A stretch of 62,952 bases of DNA, filler included, from Pelomyxa schiedti (lineage: Eukaryota > Protista > Evosea), in NCBI GenBank assembly GCA_020536535.1. It is 9 parts of 9 records of this genome, joined end to end, with 100 filler letters (N's around TTAATTAATTAA, not from the genome) between each part and the next. Parts side by side here need not be neighbours in the genome. Positions count along the whole stretch, not along the records: positions 47,495 to 52,065 come from JAHLWZ010001581.1; positions 52,166 to 53,465 come from JAHLWZ010002606.1; positions 53,566 to 59,722 come from JAHLWZ010001450.1; 6 more parts are not named here. One strand, 5' to 3'. The position numbers were made by a program, and so were the translations under genes. Below, piece after piece: positions 47,597 to 57,182 of this stretch. Each line of letters starts with the position of its first letter. Position 1 is the stretch's first letter. Below the pieces are notes generated by a model, which worked only from the letters and a program-made list of their open reading frames with translations, was not told the origin of the DNA and made no database searches.

Positions 47597-50123
47597 TTAA
47601 GTGGAGGTGTTTGGTACCAGAATCAATTTCGGGAAATGGAACTTCCTGTGGAACTTCTGCGGGTTGAGGCAGGAACCCCAGCCACCCTTCCTGTGGCAGC
47701 TTCCCTCGTGGCATGTACGCCCCTTTGCGATGCAGCCACACTGGCTCTTGGTGCCTTCCTGGCAGCCCCCCTCTTGGAGCACGTGCATGGCTTGAACTGG
47801 GATGGCGAGGGAAGCGGGTGCGGGTGAGTCGCTATGTGCTCGTCGTCTATGTACCCGCGGTGTTGAGGGTGAGGCTGCCGATGATGGCGAAGTGGTGGTG
47901 GTGGTTGCGTGATTATGGTGATGAGGAAGGGATAGTGTGGTGGTTGTTGTTGTTGTTGTTGTGGGTGATGCGGATGTTGGGGATGGTGTTGTGGTGGTGG
48001 TTGCGGAAGCTGTGGTTGAGGTTGATGGGGTTGTGTGCGGAACACTGAGATATGTGCGGGGACGGTGGGGGCGTATTGCGTAGAGGGGGGCGGGTGCTTT
48101 TTGTGGCACTGTTGTAATAATAGGCGAGGGAATAGCTTTTGCGGCTGTGGTGGAAGTTGTTTTTGGTATCTTTGGGGCTGGAGCCTCGCTCTCTTCATCA
48201 CTGGGTTCGGAATTGCTCTGTGAGGACGTTAATTAAAAACGCTTGAATACATAGTCACATACACTATCAATGGTGATGTAATCATCGTTGGGCACATGGG
48301 GTTTTGTTGCCACGGTTGATGAGGAATTGGTTGATGCGGTTGGTGCAGGTTCGTTATCATTGAGGGGGGAATGTGACGGATTGCATGCTTGAATATTCAG
48401 GAATGAATAGCTTTTCACAAAGTCAATCTTTGATTGACTTGGACTTTTTACTTCAGGATCATCCAGGTCCTGACAGATTACACAAGTTTTATCATTCTTT
48501 TCACAAGGTAAGATAGAAAATGGCAGAGAATAGAGGTATACCTGGGCTTCTCCAATAGGCACTTGGGAAGGATGTTGCTCTGGCAGCGGTAGTGAACGTG
48601 GTGATGCCGATGCTGTCAGAGTTGGAGAGGGGAAATGTAGTGGCGAGGGAGGTGGAGTAGCAACATGGTGAGGCTGTTGATCTGGCTGGATAGTAGGTAT
48701 GCCATTTGCGGCAAGAGTTGTGAGTGGAGTGGGTTTATCAATAGTGACATCGTCTCCATGAGTTTGGTGGGTCATGTTATCCCTGATTGGTAAAGGTTAA
48801 ACGATATAGGGTGCTACACTGACATACATCAGAACGGGTTCACTTGTGGATTGGTGATTATCCAGGTGGGATTTTGGTGGTCCGGGGTAAATTGCCTTCA
48901 GGGAACTCACAGGGTGAGGTGCTTGCAGATCTGGCTCTGAACGGGTAGTTGTTGGAAGGCTCTGTGTGGTATTTTAAATTTAAGTACTCAGTAAGGTGTT
49001 TCTACCAGTGGCTCACTCCCTCTTTCGCTCGAAGAAACATGAAAGTCCCGAACAGGAGGTTCTGTCACAAGTTGGGGACTTAAAGTGCACCGTGTCTTGG
49101 CGATCTTTCAAAAATGTTAGAGGGCAGAGAATACAAGCAACCTACCTGGGCTTTCTCAATATGGGTAGTAGTAGCAACTTGGATAGATACCTCCGCAGGC
49201 AAGGGGAGTGGTGGCGGCGGAGGTGCCAATGGCGGATACCTCACTACAGTATCTAAAGAATGCGTGTACAAACCCGGTTCAATACAGAAAATCTTTTTCC
49301 CATCCCACAGTGTGACACGAGGGGGGATCAGCCCCTCTTCGTGTGTGATGAACCAGTAGTTATATATCTTTTTTGCCCTAACCCTATAAATTGGTTATAC
49401 GTGGATACGTGACGAGTTAGTAAAAAGGAGAAAAGGCCAAAAAGCAGCACATCACATCGACGTACGTGAACCCGTGAATGGCAAAGTGAGATTCAACGTC
49501 GGACTCAGTGGCACGACGTGGAACCATGAACACAGGCCTGGCATTTGGCTCCCTGGGCGAAGGGAAAGGTGTCGGTTCATCAGCATTGATGATGTCCCTT
49601 TCAAATAACGGCGCAAAGGGCACCAACCAGGTTTATCCAATAATTGCCGTCCAATTCGAGCCCTGTCTCCAAGGCCGCATCGGCAGCTTTGGTTTCGAAC
49701 GAAAAGTAAAACGACCCTCGGTGCCGTGTCACGTAAGATCTGATAGAACGAAACAAATTAGCCAATCACAATTCCCAACCGACACCACTCAAGAACAAAG
49801 ACCCAGAGGCGCAGCGAGCGCGAGGCGAGGAGGGAGGGAGGGAGCGGGGGCGGGGACCCGTTTACGCACACGGTGGGATACAGGGCGGCCCACAAGTCCT
49901 CAGGCTCGGCGTCGGGGGTTCGGGCAGCCCGAACCCACACAGAGTAAACAGAGGCAGGACCACGCGGCGAGGCTCGTCCTGGTCGCGTGCACGCGGGGGC
50001 AGGCCTTGGGCGGGGGCGCGGCTGGGGCCGGGGACGGGGCCGGGGACGGGGACGGGGAGCCGGGACCGCGGTGCGGCCGCCGCTGCTGCTCGTCGTTGTT
50101 TTGTTCTCGCTGTCTGTGTGCAT
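47597..50123 (-). CDS. Spliced hypothetical protein: RRM-like N-terminal region, P/Q-rich middle, C-terminal CXC (tesmin/TCR-like) cysteine cluster; apparent frameshifts
   Basis: An intron near 49390-49465 has a GTACGT donor and TACTAAC branch site. CTCSKRG|GCQEGTKSQCGCIAKGRTCHEGSCH...CLN needs one extra G in the G6 run at ~47766-47771. Confidence 0.45.
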
Positions 50124-50300
50124 TCTCGTGTGATTGCGTGGGGTGCTTGGTGCTTGTCGTCGTGTAGTTTTCTAAATTAAACCCCTTTGTTATTTTGTTT
50201 GCAAGATTAGGTTCTGAGAGACCCCCGAGGAAACAAGCGCAGAGATCCCTTCGAGAGAAAACACACAGTAAGTGGCACAATTGACTTGTGGTGCAGTCTT

Positions 50301-50347
50301 TCCGAAATCTAGACCTGCCAATTGTCCGAAATCTAGACCTGCAATTG
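50301..50347. repeat. Tandem duplication of a 23-24 bp unit
   Basis: TCCGAAATCTAGACCTGC(C)AATTG x2. Confidence 0.85.
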
Positions 50348-50617
50348 TGATCAGAATTTTCTGTTGTGACTTAACAAAAAAAAAAAAAACAAAAAAGAAA
50401 ACCCCAGCACGTAGGTGCCGCGCACCGGCCGCCATATACACGGTGTAATAGTCACACCATTACGAAAACACAGTCGACACAACACGTACTTCCTCCTCCC
50501 TGTCTGTTTTTTTTCCATCCTCAGAATAATCACACGAAAAATTAAAAAAAACCACTCGAAATAATACATATCACGCATTAAGAGTACAACTACATAGACC
50601 TCATACAGTGTCAGTGC

Positions 50618-50949
50618 AACCCAGCAACTTCTTCCAGCAACAACTCCAACTCTCCCTTCCTTCGATTCCTGCCTGCCATCACTCCCTCTAGCAAGGTAGT
50701 CTTCACCCATTATAAACCGCATACTAACATATTAAAAAGTTACTCTCAAATGGGATGATGCCATATACATATGGGAGTTATTGGGTAGTGACTGGGTGGT
50801 GGTGCAAGGAATGTGAATCCCACCCCACTTTGCACAACCCGATTTCGCCCCTTGGCTCTGCAGGATCCGCCCAGCAAAACCCAGCAACTTCTTCCAGTCC
50901 AGCAACAACTCCAACTCTCCCTTCCTTCGATTCCTGCCTGCCATCACTC
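50618..50949. repeat. ~67-72 bp direct repeats (50618-50684 and 50878-50949)
   Basis: AACCCAGCAACTTCTTCCAG...CTGCCTGCCATCACTC occurs twice; the second copy has an extra TCCAG. Confidence 0.9.
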
Positions 50950-51886
50950 AAGAGCAGATTTGAATTTTTTTTATTTTTTGGTTTGGTATCTGTTGTTCCG
51001 TGCACACGGCTATGCCACAGCGTGATGCACTTCCGGAACCGCGGGACACTGGAAGTGCTTTGATACACTGCAACTAATGTCATATATTATATTATTATTA
51101 TATTATTGCGGGAAGGGAGAAAAGCATTGCATTTTCCGGCAAGTGAATGAATAGCTATGGATCATTAAACACCAGATCAAACCACTCCACAACTATGAGT
51201 ACATTTATTTAGTAAGTTATTAGACTTCGTTTTTTAATGGTATTCTTTTGTATTTGTTTGGCATTTATCGTTTGCAATTTTTTTTTTTGAAAAAAAGTAC
51301 CTTTTTTCGTTTTCCTATTGGAAAACTGCTGGTGCTGAATGTAATACCATTTTGCCTATGAATGCAGCTGGTTCAGATGCAATTAGACAAAAAAAAAAAA
51401 CACAATTGGTGAATAGAAAACCTTTAGTCGTTCAGTGGTTGATTGTGAGGGTTTTTAATTCGGTAGAATAAATCCGTTAATAGTAAGGATAATAATTTTC
51501 TCTATCATAACGGCTCCCATCCCACCCAGAGCATTGTGGGACGCTCATCGGCGAACAACCAACGTTTGGATCTCCAATGTTGAACAGAAAGAACCTCGAT
51601 CGACACTATGCAGCCCGCCCTTCACAGGGTCTCCTCACAAGGCCTGATGGCGATTCATCGCAAAAAGGCATCGGTCGGACATCACGGATCTGTCGTCGTC
51701 GGAGTGGTGGTGGTTATGGCGGGCTTGAAGCGCTGCACCGATTGTGGGACCCGGTCACCGCGAGTGTCTGCTCACGTCCGTGCGTGAAGTTGCGATAATT
51801 ATAAGGGTGATTTTGGTGTGTTTATTGCACAAAGAGCTGGTTTGAGTTATGTAGTCTTGGGGAAAAGCTAAAGCACAATCTGTCTG

Positions 51887-52063
51887 CTATGGCTTGCATT
51901 GAATGACTATCTTTTCCAATCTCTTGATGGAGGTGGTGTGGCCGCGTGATGCAGCCAATCGGTACCACCTCATTGCCTCCCTCGTATCCTTGGTTGGTGT
52001 GCCGTTGTGGTGCTCCAGTGACAGTGCCGCGTTGAACTGAGAGAACGCGTTTCCCTGGATTGC
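51887..52063 (-). CDS. 3' end of a Sel1-repeat protein gene, cut by the contig end
   Basis: AIQGNAFSQFNAALSLEHHNGTPTKDTREAMRWYRLAASRGHTTSIKRLEKIVIQCKP*. Confidence 0.75.
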   Translation of the reverse strand, partial: AIQGNAFSQFNAALSLEHHNGTPTKDTREAMRWYRLAASRGHTTSIKRLEKIVIQCKP

Positions 52064-52165
52064 TGNNNNNNNNNNNNNNNNNNNNNNNNNNNNNNNNNNN
52101 NNNNNNNNNTTAATTAATTAANNNNNNNNNNNNNNNNNNNNNNNNNNNNNNNNNNNNNNNNNNNN

Positions 52166-52294
52166 ACCTTGCCACAAAGTCCTCTTCTCCAATGAAAGAG
52201 CCGAGAACTTTGATACCTTCTGGGGAGAGGGTCAGTCCCCTGTTGTTCTGCATGAGGGTGGTGTCTTTGTTGAAGATGGTGCATTTTTTTTTGC
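52166..52294 (-). mobile_element. Non-LTR retrotransposon reverse-transcriptase fragment (CRE-like), running off the contig start
   Basis: KKCTIF...SPEGIKVLGSFIGEEDFVAR resembles the RT6/RT7 K-C...G-x-x-x-LG-x-x-IG-x-x-x-FV pattern. Confidence 0.5.
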
Positions 52295-52821
52295 CTTAAG
52301 TCGATTTTCGACTTCAGGCTTGTACATAGAGGTGTGAGGTGAGGATGGTGAGAGTGAGTGTGAGTTGGATGACGAGGGGGGAGGGATGTACGTTGTAAAA
52401 AAAAAAGCTACATACCACCGTGCCAGTATAAGAAAAACCTAGCCAGGTGGGATTACAGCCACCACGTCTGGCACCTAAATTATCCTACGTGAGAAAACGA
52501 AGAAAGAAGAAGCCACATACATACTGGCGGAAAGCGGAGACTTCTAATACAGGTTGAAAGCGGCGTAAAAACTGGTGTAATGCGGAGACTTCTAATACAG
52601 GTCGCATGGAAAAAAGAACTGGAGGCGTAATTAATGATATATAATATATTATTAATTAATACGCATATATAACCATTAAATTTAATTTATTATTATATAA
52701 TTAATTAATAACTATTTAATAAAGGTTATAACTATTTAAAATAAGATTAATAACACAAGCCACTGAACAATCGCCAAAACCCATTTATGTCAGTGTCGCG
52801 CAGCCGCGGCCGATTTATTAA

Positions 52822-53339
52822 ATGTTGTCTGTCTCGGTATCAGCCGTTGCCCTCAAAGACCCAACGTACGCACGTGCCCAATTCCTTGCCCTCGGCGCTG
52901 GCGTCATTGTGGGACGGTGTGGTCGGCACCACCACGACCACGACGAGTCGTCGAGCTCGGCCAGAAGACTGACTCGGCCCGCACGCGGCTCGCGTTCTCC
53001 TTCTCGGCCACCCTGGGGCTCACCAGCGACCCCGTGGCCATCGACTTCGGCGGAGGGGCAGGCAGAAAGTTGTGTGGGTGGGCGGGGCCACTTGCCTGCG
53101 GGCTCAGGTTCGCCCGCGTGGTTTCGTCGGTGATGGATGGGTCTGGGCTCGATTGCTCATACATCAAGGAAATGCGTGTGTGTGACTTGGGTGTTGGTGC
53201 CAACAACAACAGCAGCAGCAGCAACAGGAGGTGTACAGAAGGAGGGAATAGACTTCCCCTAAAACAGTCTTCAGCCAACTGGGGTGTTGTCTTCCAGCCA
53301 ACAAATCGTTTGACAGCCAGCACGCGGCGTGGGGGCTGA
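52822..53339 (+). pseudogene. ARSQF-family pseudogene (deletion, frameshift, early stop)
   Basis: ARAQFLALGAGVIVGRCG...SSARRLT, then in another frame RLAFSFSATLGLT...CGWAG; the W(V)V segment is missing. Confidence 0.65.
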
Positions 53340-53565
53340 CACAAGGTGTTAGCTTCTGTGGGCTCGAGAATAAGTCCCACAGAGGAAGAAAACGAGTGAG
53401 AGTGAAGAGAATAAAGAGGGTTCTCTTGTTTGTTTGGTCGTTGTTGTAAGGGGATAAAAAGGGAGNNNNNNNNNNNNNNNNNNNNNNNNNNNNNNNNNNN
53501 NNNNNNNNNTTAATTAATTAANNNNNNNNNNNNNNNNNNNNNNNNNNNNNNNNNNNNNNNNNNNN

Positions 53566-55662
53566 CGAGTACAACATCAGCAGCAAGGAGAAGGGAGAGC
53601 CGAGATGCAATCCCTCGCTGCGTCGACTGCGACGAGCACACAGCTGGCAACTGATTGCCTGAGAGCGTGGGCCGACGACGGCGACGCCAAGAGGGCGTAC
53701 CTCATGTCCCTGAGGCTCGTTCTCGGCGATGGTTGTGGTTGTGGTTGTGGTTGTGGTTGTGGTTGTGGTTGTGGTTGTGGTTGTGGTTGTGGTTGTGGTT
53801 GTGGTTGTGGTTGTGGTTGTGGTTGTCCAGAACACATGCAGTTGCGAAATCAGCAGCAGGCAACGGGCACAGACACACAAGCAACACAACAACAACAAAG
53901 TGATCGTCTTCTTGAGCAACAGCGGGAGGTGTACCGCCACCACGTGCAGATGGACAACCGCGGTCAGACAGCTGGAACAGAATTGGCGCCATCGGAATCG
54001 ACAACATCACCAGAACCAACATCATCGGCACCAGAATCAACATCAGCAGCAGCAGCAGCAGCAAGTGCTCCTCACCTACAACAACAACAACAACAAAACC
54101 GGCCGCGGCCGAGACCACTATCGGCTGCACTTGGGCACCTTGTGTGGTACTGCTTGGTGTTGGAGGAGCCGAGGTTGTTGGAGCCACTGTGGCCACTGGA
54201 TGCGTATGTGAATAACAAGTTTGGTGTCGCTGCCAAGTGTCACCCGCTTCCAATGCATCAATGGATGGTTGATTTCCTGGAGTCTGTTATTTCTCAGCCA
54301 GTCAAGCTCTCCAGTGAGACCAAGTTGGCATCATCCACTGGTTTTCTCTCTCTGTCATTACCTCTGCTTTGATTATTATTTTTCATGATAAATTTTGAGA
54401 AGAATTACCAATTCTTGTTGTATCTAGGTGACGATTCCCAAAATATGGAAACATCATCACCCACTGTGACTCCTACTGCTATAGCCAGTGGTTGCAGCTT
54501 GAAGTTGAACAGTCTGGCACACCTATTACTTGGTCTTGCACTCTCACCCGAGTATGGTTCCTGGCCATTCACTGACGAGTCCAAGAGTATTGAACACCTC
54601 AGGACCGCAGCTGAAGGAGGTGATAAAATGGCGCTGTACTGGCTCTGCCAGCCATATGGAGATATTAACTTGGAGTACCTTCGCCGCTCTGCCTCACAGG
54701 GTTTCTGTTTGGCCCTTCAGGTGCTTGGGGTTATGTACCAGGATGTTGAATCCTCAGGTGAAGTGCCGTTGAACCGCGAAGAGGGCATCAGGTTGCTTCA
54801 AATTGGAGCTGTGGAAAAAGGGTTTGCTGGGTGCCAGTTTGAGATGGCATGTTCTGCAGAAATAGGCTCCACAGAGAGGCTGAGGTGGCTCAAGCTTGCC
54901 TCTGATCAAGGCCTGGCCAGGGCACAGTGGGCTTTGGCACGTGCACTGCATCGCTCTTCTTATTCTGCTGATACTCTCACTCATTATGGGGTGACAGGTA
55001 ATCATCAGGAGGAAGCACTTCGCTTGTTGAAGCTCTCTGCTGCCCAAGGTATGGCGGAATCACAAGCCGCGCTTGGCATGCTTTTCATGGAAGGGGTAGG
55101 GGGTGTGAAACAAAATTACCAAACTGCTGTTGAGTACCTGTCACTGGCCTCCAACAAAGGGTATCCCAATGCTCTGTTTGAGCTGGCACAGTGCTACCTG
55201 GAGGGAAAAGGAGTTGAAATAGACGAGGCGAAGGCAGTCACGCTGCTGGAGCAGGCTGCAGAATGCGGGATAGCGGAGGCACATGTGTCTATTGGGATGA
55301 TGTACATGCACGGCACCAGTGCAACCCCCAAGGACCTCACACAAGCCGGCAACCGTTTTCGTCTTGCCGTCAAAACCAACTGCCACTGCGAACAGGCCGC
55401 GTATTTGCTGAGCAACCTCATCTTCCGTGGAACTGCACAAGGGACCAAGCGTGAGGCCATGGAGCTCCTGCGGAAGTCCACTGATTCCATGAGGCCAGAG
55501 TGCTTTGTTGGGCTTGCGGAGGTGTATGGACATGGTGTTGGTGGGATGCCCAAGGATGTGAGGGAGTCTGTGAGGTGTTACAGGCTTGCTGCCTCCTCGT
55601 CACCCCCATCGTCTCCCCATGGAGCACAGGCACGTCAGAGACTGAAGACTTATTGTTCATGA
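53566..55662 (+). CDS. Sel1-repeat protein, probably 5' partial, one intron (~54340-54427)
   Basis: Frame is open from the contig edge. Multiple Sel1 repeats (ALFELAQCYLEGKGVEIDEAKAVTLLEQAA). Confidence 0.85.
53731..53826 (+). repeat. Perfect (GGTTGT)16 microsatellite inside the coding frame
   Basis: 16 exact hexamers, read as (Gly-Cys)16. Confidence 0.95.
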
Positions 55663-56081
55663 CAGTAGAAAAAAAAACTTCGTCATTCATTCTGGCACAA
55701 TAATTTTGTTTGGTGATTCCAAACCTCCTTTTTCAAACTCCCACTCTTTTCTCCTCAGCCACTATCTCGAGATGACCACGGAAAAAAAGGGATCATGAAA
55801 CCAACCAAGGTCATCAAACTTGGTTGTCCTTCTCGTTGTTTCGTCGTGAAAGGACAGCTAAGCTATGTGACATGGGGTTAGGCCCACCAGCAGGATCTCC
55901 AATCTGCAATTTGTGTCTTTCCGTGTTCCATTACACAGATCACCACACGTTTCGTTTTGAATTATGGGTGGAGAATGGAACCACCAGGAGAATGTAGCTG
56001 TTGGGTGCCAGTGGGGAGGATTATTCGTTTCATTAACACTAGCTCGGTGAGACCATTTTGTAAAAAACTTTTTTTAAATCC

Positions 56082-57137
56082 TTAAGAACCTTTGGCTTTC
56101 CCCTGCAAAACAGCTGCTTCTTTTTCCAGACCCTTGTTTGTGCAAATAAGGGCAATCTCAGACCAGTCTGCATTCTGAATCCTGCTTGCGTAGGGAATGA
56201 CTCTCTCAGGTGCTTGGCTGGTTGCAGTGAGGAGAAGGAGGTTGGCCAGGTTTCTGTTGCCTTGGAATTGGGTATTGAAAAGAGCCTCTTCCAGCACTTC
56301 CATCAAGAGCATTGGTTTGTCTGCCGTCATAATGCTCCTGAATAGCACTGACGCCTCTTCAGCAGTGTAAGAGTTGATTGACTTCATTATGTTGTCCTTG
56401 AGAGACGAATCGGCGGAAGCAAGGTCCAAGACTTTTTCCCATAGCTCAGGACTCTCTCGTGAGCCGGCGTACTTGGCTAGCTGGCGGTACAGTGAGTTTG
56501 AGCGAGCTACTTCCATCACTTTGTCATCACAGAAACCCTTCATATAGACAACCATAGCCATTTCAGGGTTGCGAGTTTGACACCACTCACCCACCTGCAT
56601 GCAGTCATAACTTTGTGACTGCAAGTACTCGGCATCTCCAGTCTCTGCCTTCAGCTTTGCAAGCATCGTGAGTATTGCAATGTTGTTGGTACCCTCACAC
56701 ACAAATAGCTCCAGAACACTGATTTTATCATTGACCGGCACAAATCGATTGTTTTCCGTGGCCTATTTTTTTGGGTAGGTTGTTTCATTTTGGTTAGAAA
56801 AGTAAACAAATAGTACCAGGGTCAATTTCTCCAGAAAATTGCTGGGGCAGCCACACTTCTTCAGTTCTTGCACGGCAAGCAAAAACGAAGGCTCGATTTT
56901 ATCCACAAACCGCGAAATCAGCTAGTAGGCATTGAGTTGTACTTCAGCGGGGGAAAAAAAACCAAGAAAAAGCCTACCATGGAATCGTGGCATAACTCTG
57001 GATTGGCACTTAATAATTGGACCACAGTAGCGAAATCCACCGACAATACTTGCCCCACAATGTCTTATTACGGTGGCAGTTATATTAGTATATTAACCAG
57101 CAGGAACCAATTGTTGTTGGCAGCACTCACCTGCCAT
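56082..57137 (-). CDS. Small clathrin heavy-chain repeat (CHCR) protein, 4 exons, 292 aa
   Basis: Exons 57137-57131, 57063-56978, 56921-56817 and 56762-56082 splice in frame. YDCMQVGEWCQTRNPEMA, NSLYRQLAKY...PELWEKVL, IMTADKPMLLMEVLE and NRNLANLLLLTA align by eye with clathrin heavy-chain YDSRVVGKYCEKRDPHLA, NSLFKSLSRY..PELW, FMTADLPNELIELLE and HRNLQNLLILTA. Confidence 0.85.
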
Positions 57138-57182
57138 GATCCACTCACTCTACGTTGTTTTCGGTTGTTTTTTATTTGATTT

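Noticed and set aside
50301-52602. Short repeat pairs as a possible CRISPR array
   Set aside because: Only two copies each, no repeat-spacer series, no cas genes, eukaryotic context.
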